From: Catajapyx aquilonaris
Taxonomy: Eukaryota
Assembly: GCA_000934665.2 (NCBI GenBank)
Contig: KZ538295.1
Coordinates: 1 to 64,000 of the forward strand
Direction: 5' to 3'
DNA: 64,000 bases
A program made the position numbers and the translations under genes. Below are positions 63,108 to 64,000 of this stretch, piece by piece. Every line of letters starts with the position of its first letter. Position 1 is the stretch's first letter. Under the pieces are notes generated by a model. That model searched no databases and was not told the DNA's origin. It worked only from the letters and a program-made list of their open reading frames with translations.

Positions 63108-63490
63108 ATGACGACTGCTGTTCGCATAATTTTCTTGCTCCTCCTAACTACAGGCGCTGTTCAAAGTGAGTATAATACTTTATTCTGCCATGTTCATTTT
63201 AATATTATACAGGGATTACACACTCCATATTATTTTAACAGGCAGCCAAGTTAGCTGCACAAGGTTACTGAATTATTGTCTTTTCCATTTCAGTGATGAT
63301 GAATCCCGAGTGTCCCCAAATGGTCACGTTCAGTTATTGCAGCGACACCGAATGCGCTAGCCAGCACGACTGTCAAGGAGAAATGTGCTTCAACGTCACT
63401 TGTCTTTTGGTATCTTCCAAATTCACAAATGGTCATCAGCGTCCAGTCACTACCTCTGCATTTTTGACTACAGTTGCTGGAAAGACCTAG
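63108..63490 (+). CDS. Small secreted 6-Cys peptide (not OBP; WAP/knottin-like spacing)
   Basis: MTTAVRIIFLLLLTTGAVQ, then a phase-1 GT-AG intron (63166-63293), then MMMNPECPQMVTFSYCSDTECASQHDCQGEMCFNVTCLL...; 3' end uncertain (possible further intron). Confidence 0.6.
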
Positions 63491-64000
63491 TTGCAACTTT
63501 GATTGCAACACATGAAACGCCTTCAGAGAATATTAGTGATTCATTAGCATAATTATATTCGGTGTTGTGTGCGCCTACTCAATTTGACTGCATTTATTGT
63601 GATGGTGTGAGCATAATATCTCATATTATTGTTTCGGGGGACAAAATGTAATGTCAAGCATATTTCTGACGAGCGAGTCATTTCGCTCAATAATGTAAAA
63701 GTGTGTCAGTATGTCACAGAATCACCATTAGGTGCACCTGCCCTATATTAGACGACTGTCGTAGTAATAGCCTAAAGCATATGAAGGTAGTTTTAGTGTG
63801 ACTCAAAACTTGTACTGAATTCGCTCCAATGTTTCTTGCCAATTTCTAGTCGTAAGGATGAAACTTGTAACAATGTTGGCCCGGGAATAATCAACGAACT
63901 TCAATTTCATTAAGTCAGCATTGAGTGTATCGCCTAAAATAATCCAAATAAATAATAAATATGTATATACGGCAGTATTTATATAATTACAAATCCTTTT

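Noticed and set aside
1..64000. Prokaryotic systems (CRISPR arrays, operons, defence islands)
   Set aside because: Spliceosomal introns, SINEs/LINEs and microsatellites indicate eukaryotic DNA; no repeat-spacer array was seen.

Overview
AT-rich eukaryotic (insect-like) genomic DNA with short GT-AG introns; not prokaryotic, so most of the supplied six-frame ORFs are exon fragments or antisense noise. Splicing exons by hand gives the following layout. (i) An orphan 3-exon gene at 1.3-2.0 kb. (ii) Two tandem 6-exon short-chain dehydrogenases of the 15-hydroxyprostaglandin dehydrogenase / insect ADH type at 2.8-7.0 kb. (iii) The main feature: a ~54-kb array (7.5-61.8 kb) of 28 small secreted odorant-binding-protein (OBP)-like loci, 25 apparently intact and 3 probably pseudogenes, plus 2 orphan first exons. 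All share a 5-exon layout (phases 0-0-0-1), an invariant 36-nt exon 3 that starts C-x3-C, and an 8-cysteine core instead of the classic 6. Individual members add further cysteines (9-12 in total), poly-acidic tails or a mucin/PEST-like tail. (iv) A small secreted Cys-rich peptide gene at 63.1 kb. The array records birth-and-death evolution: tandem and inverted duplications, a triplicated convergent gene pair with shared frameshifts, and insertions of tRNA-derived SINEs, RTE LINE ends, a MITE and an Academ-like XPG/PIN-domain transposon relic. OBP1-OBP28 are my own left-to-right labels. All gene models are manual and unverified by RNA data or database searches.
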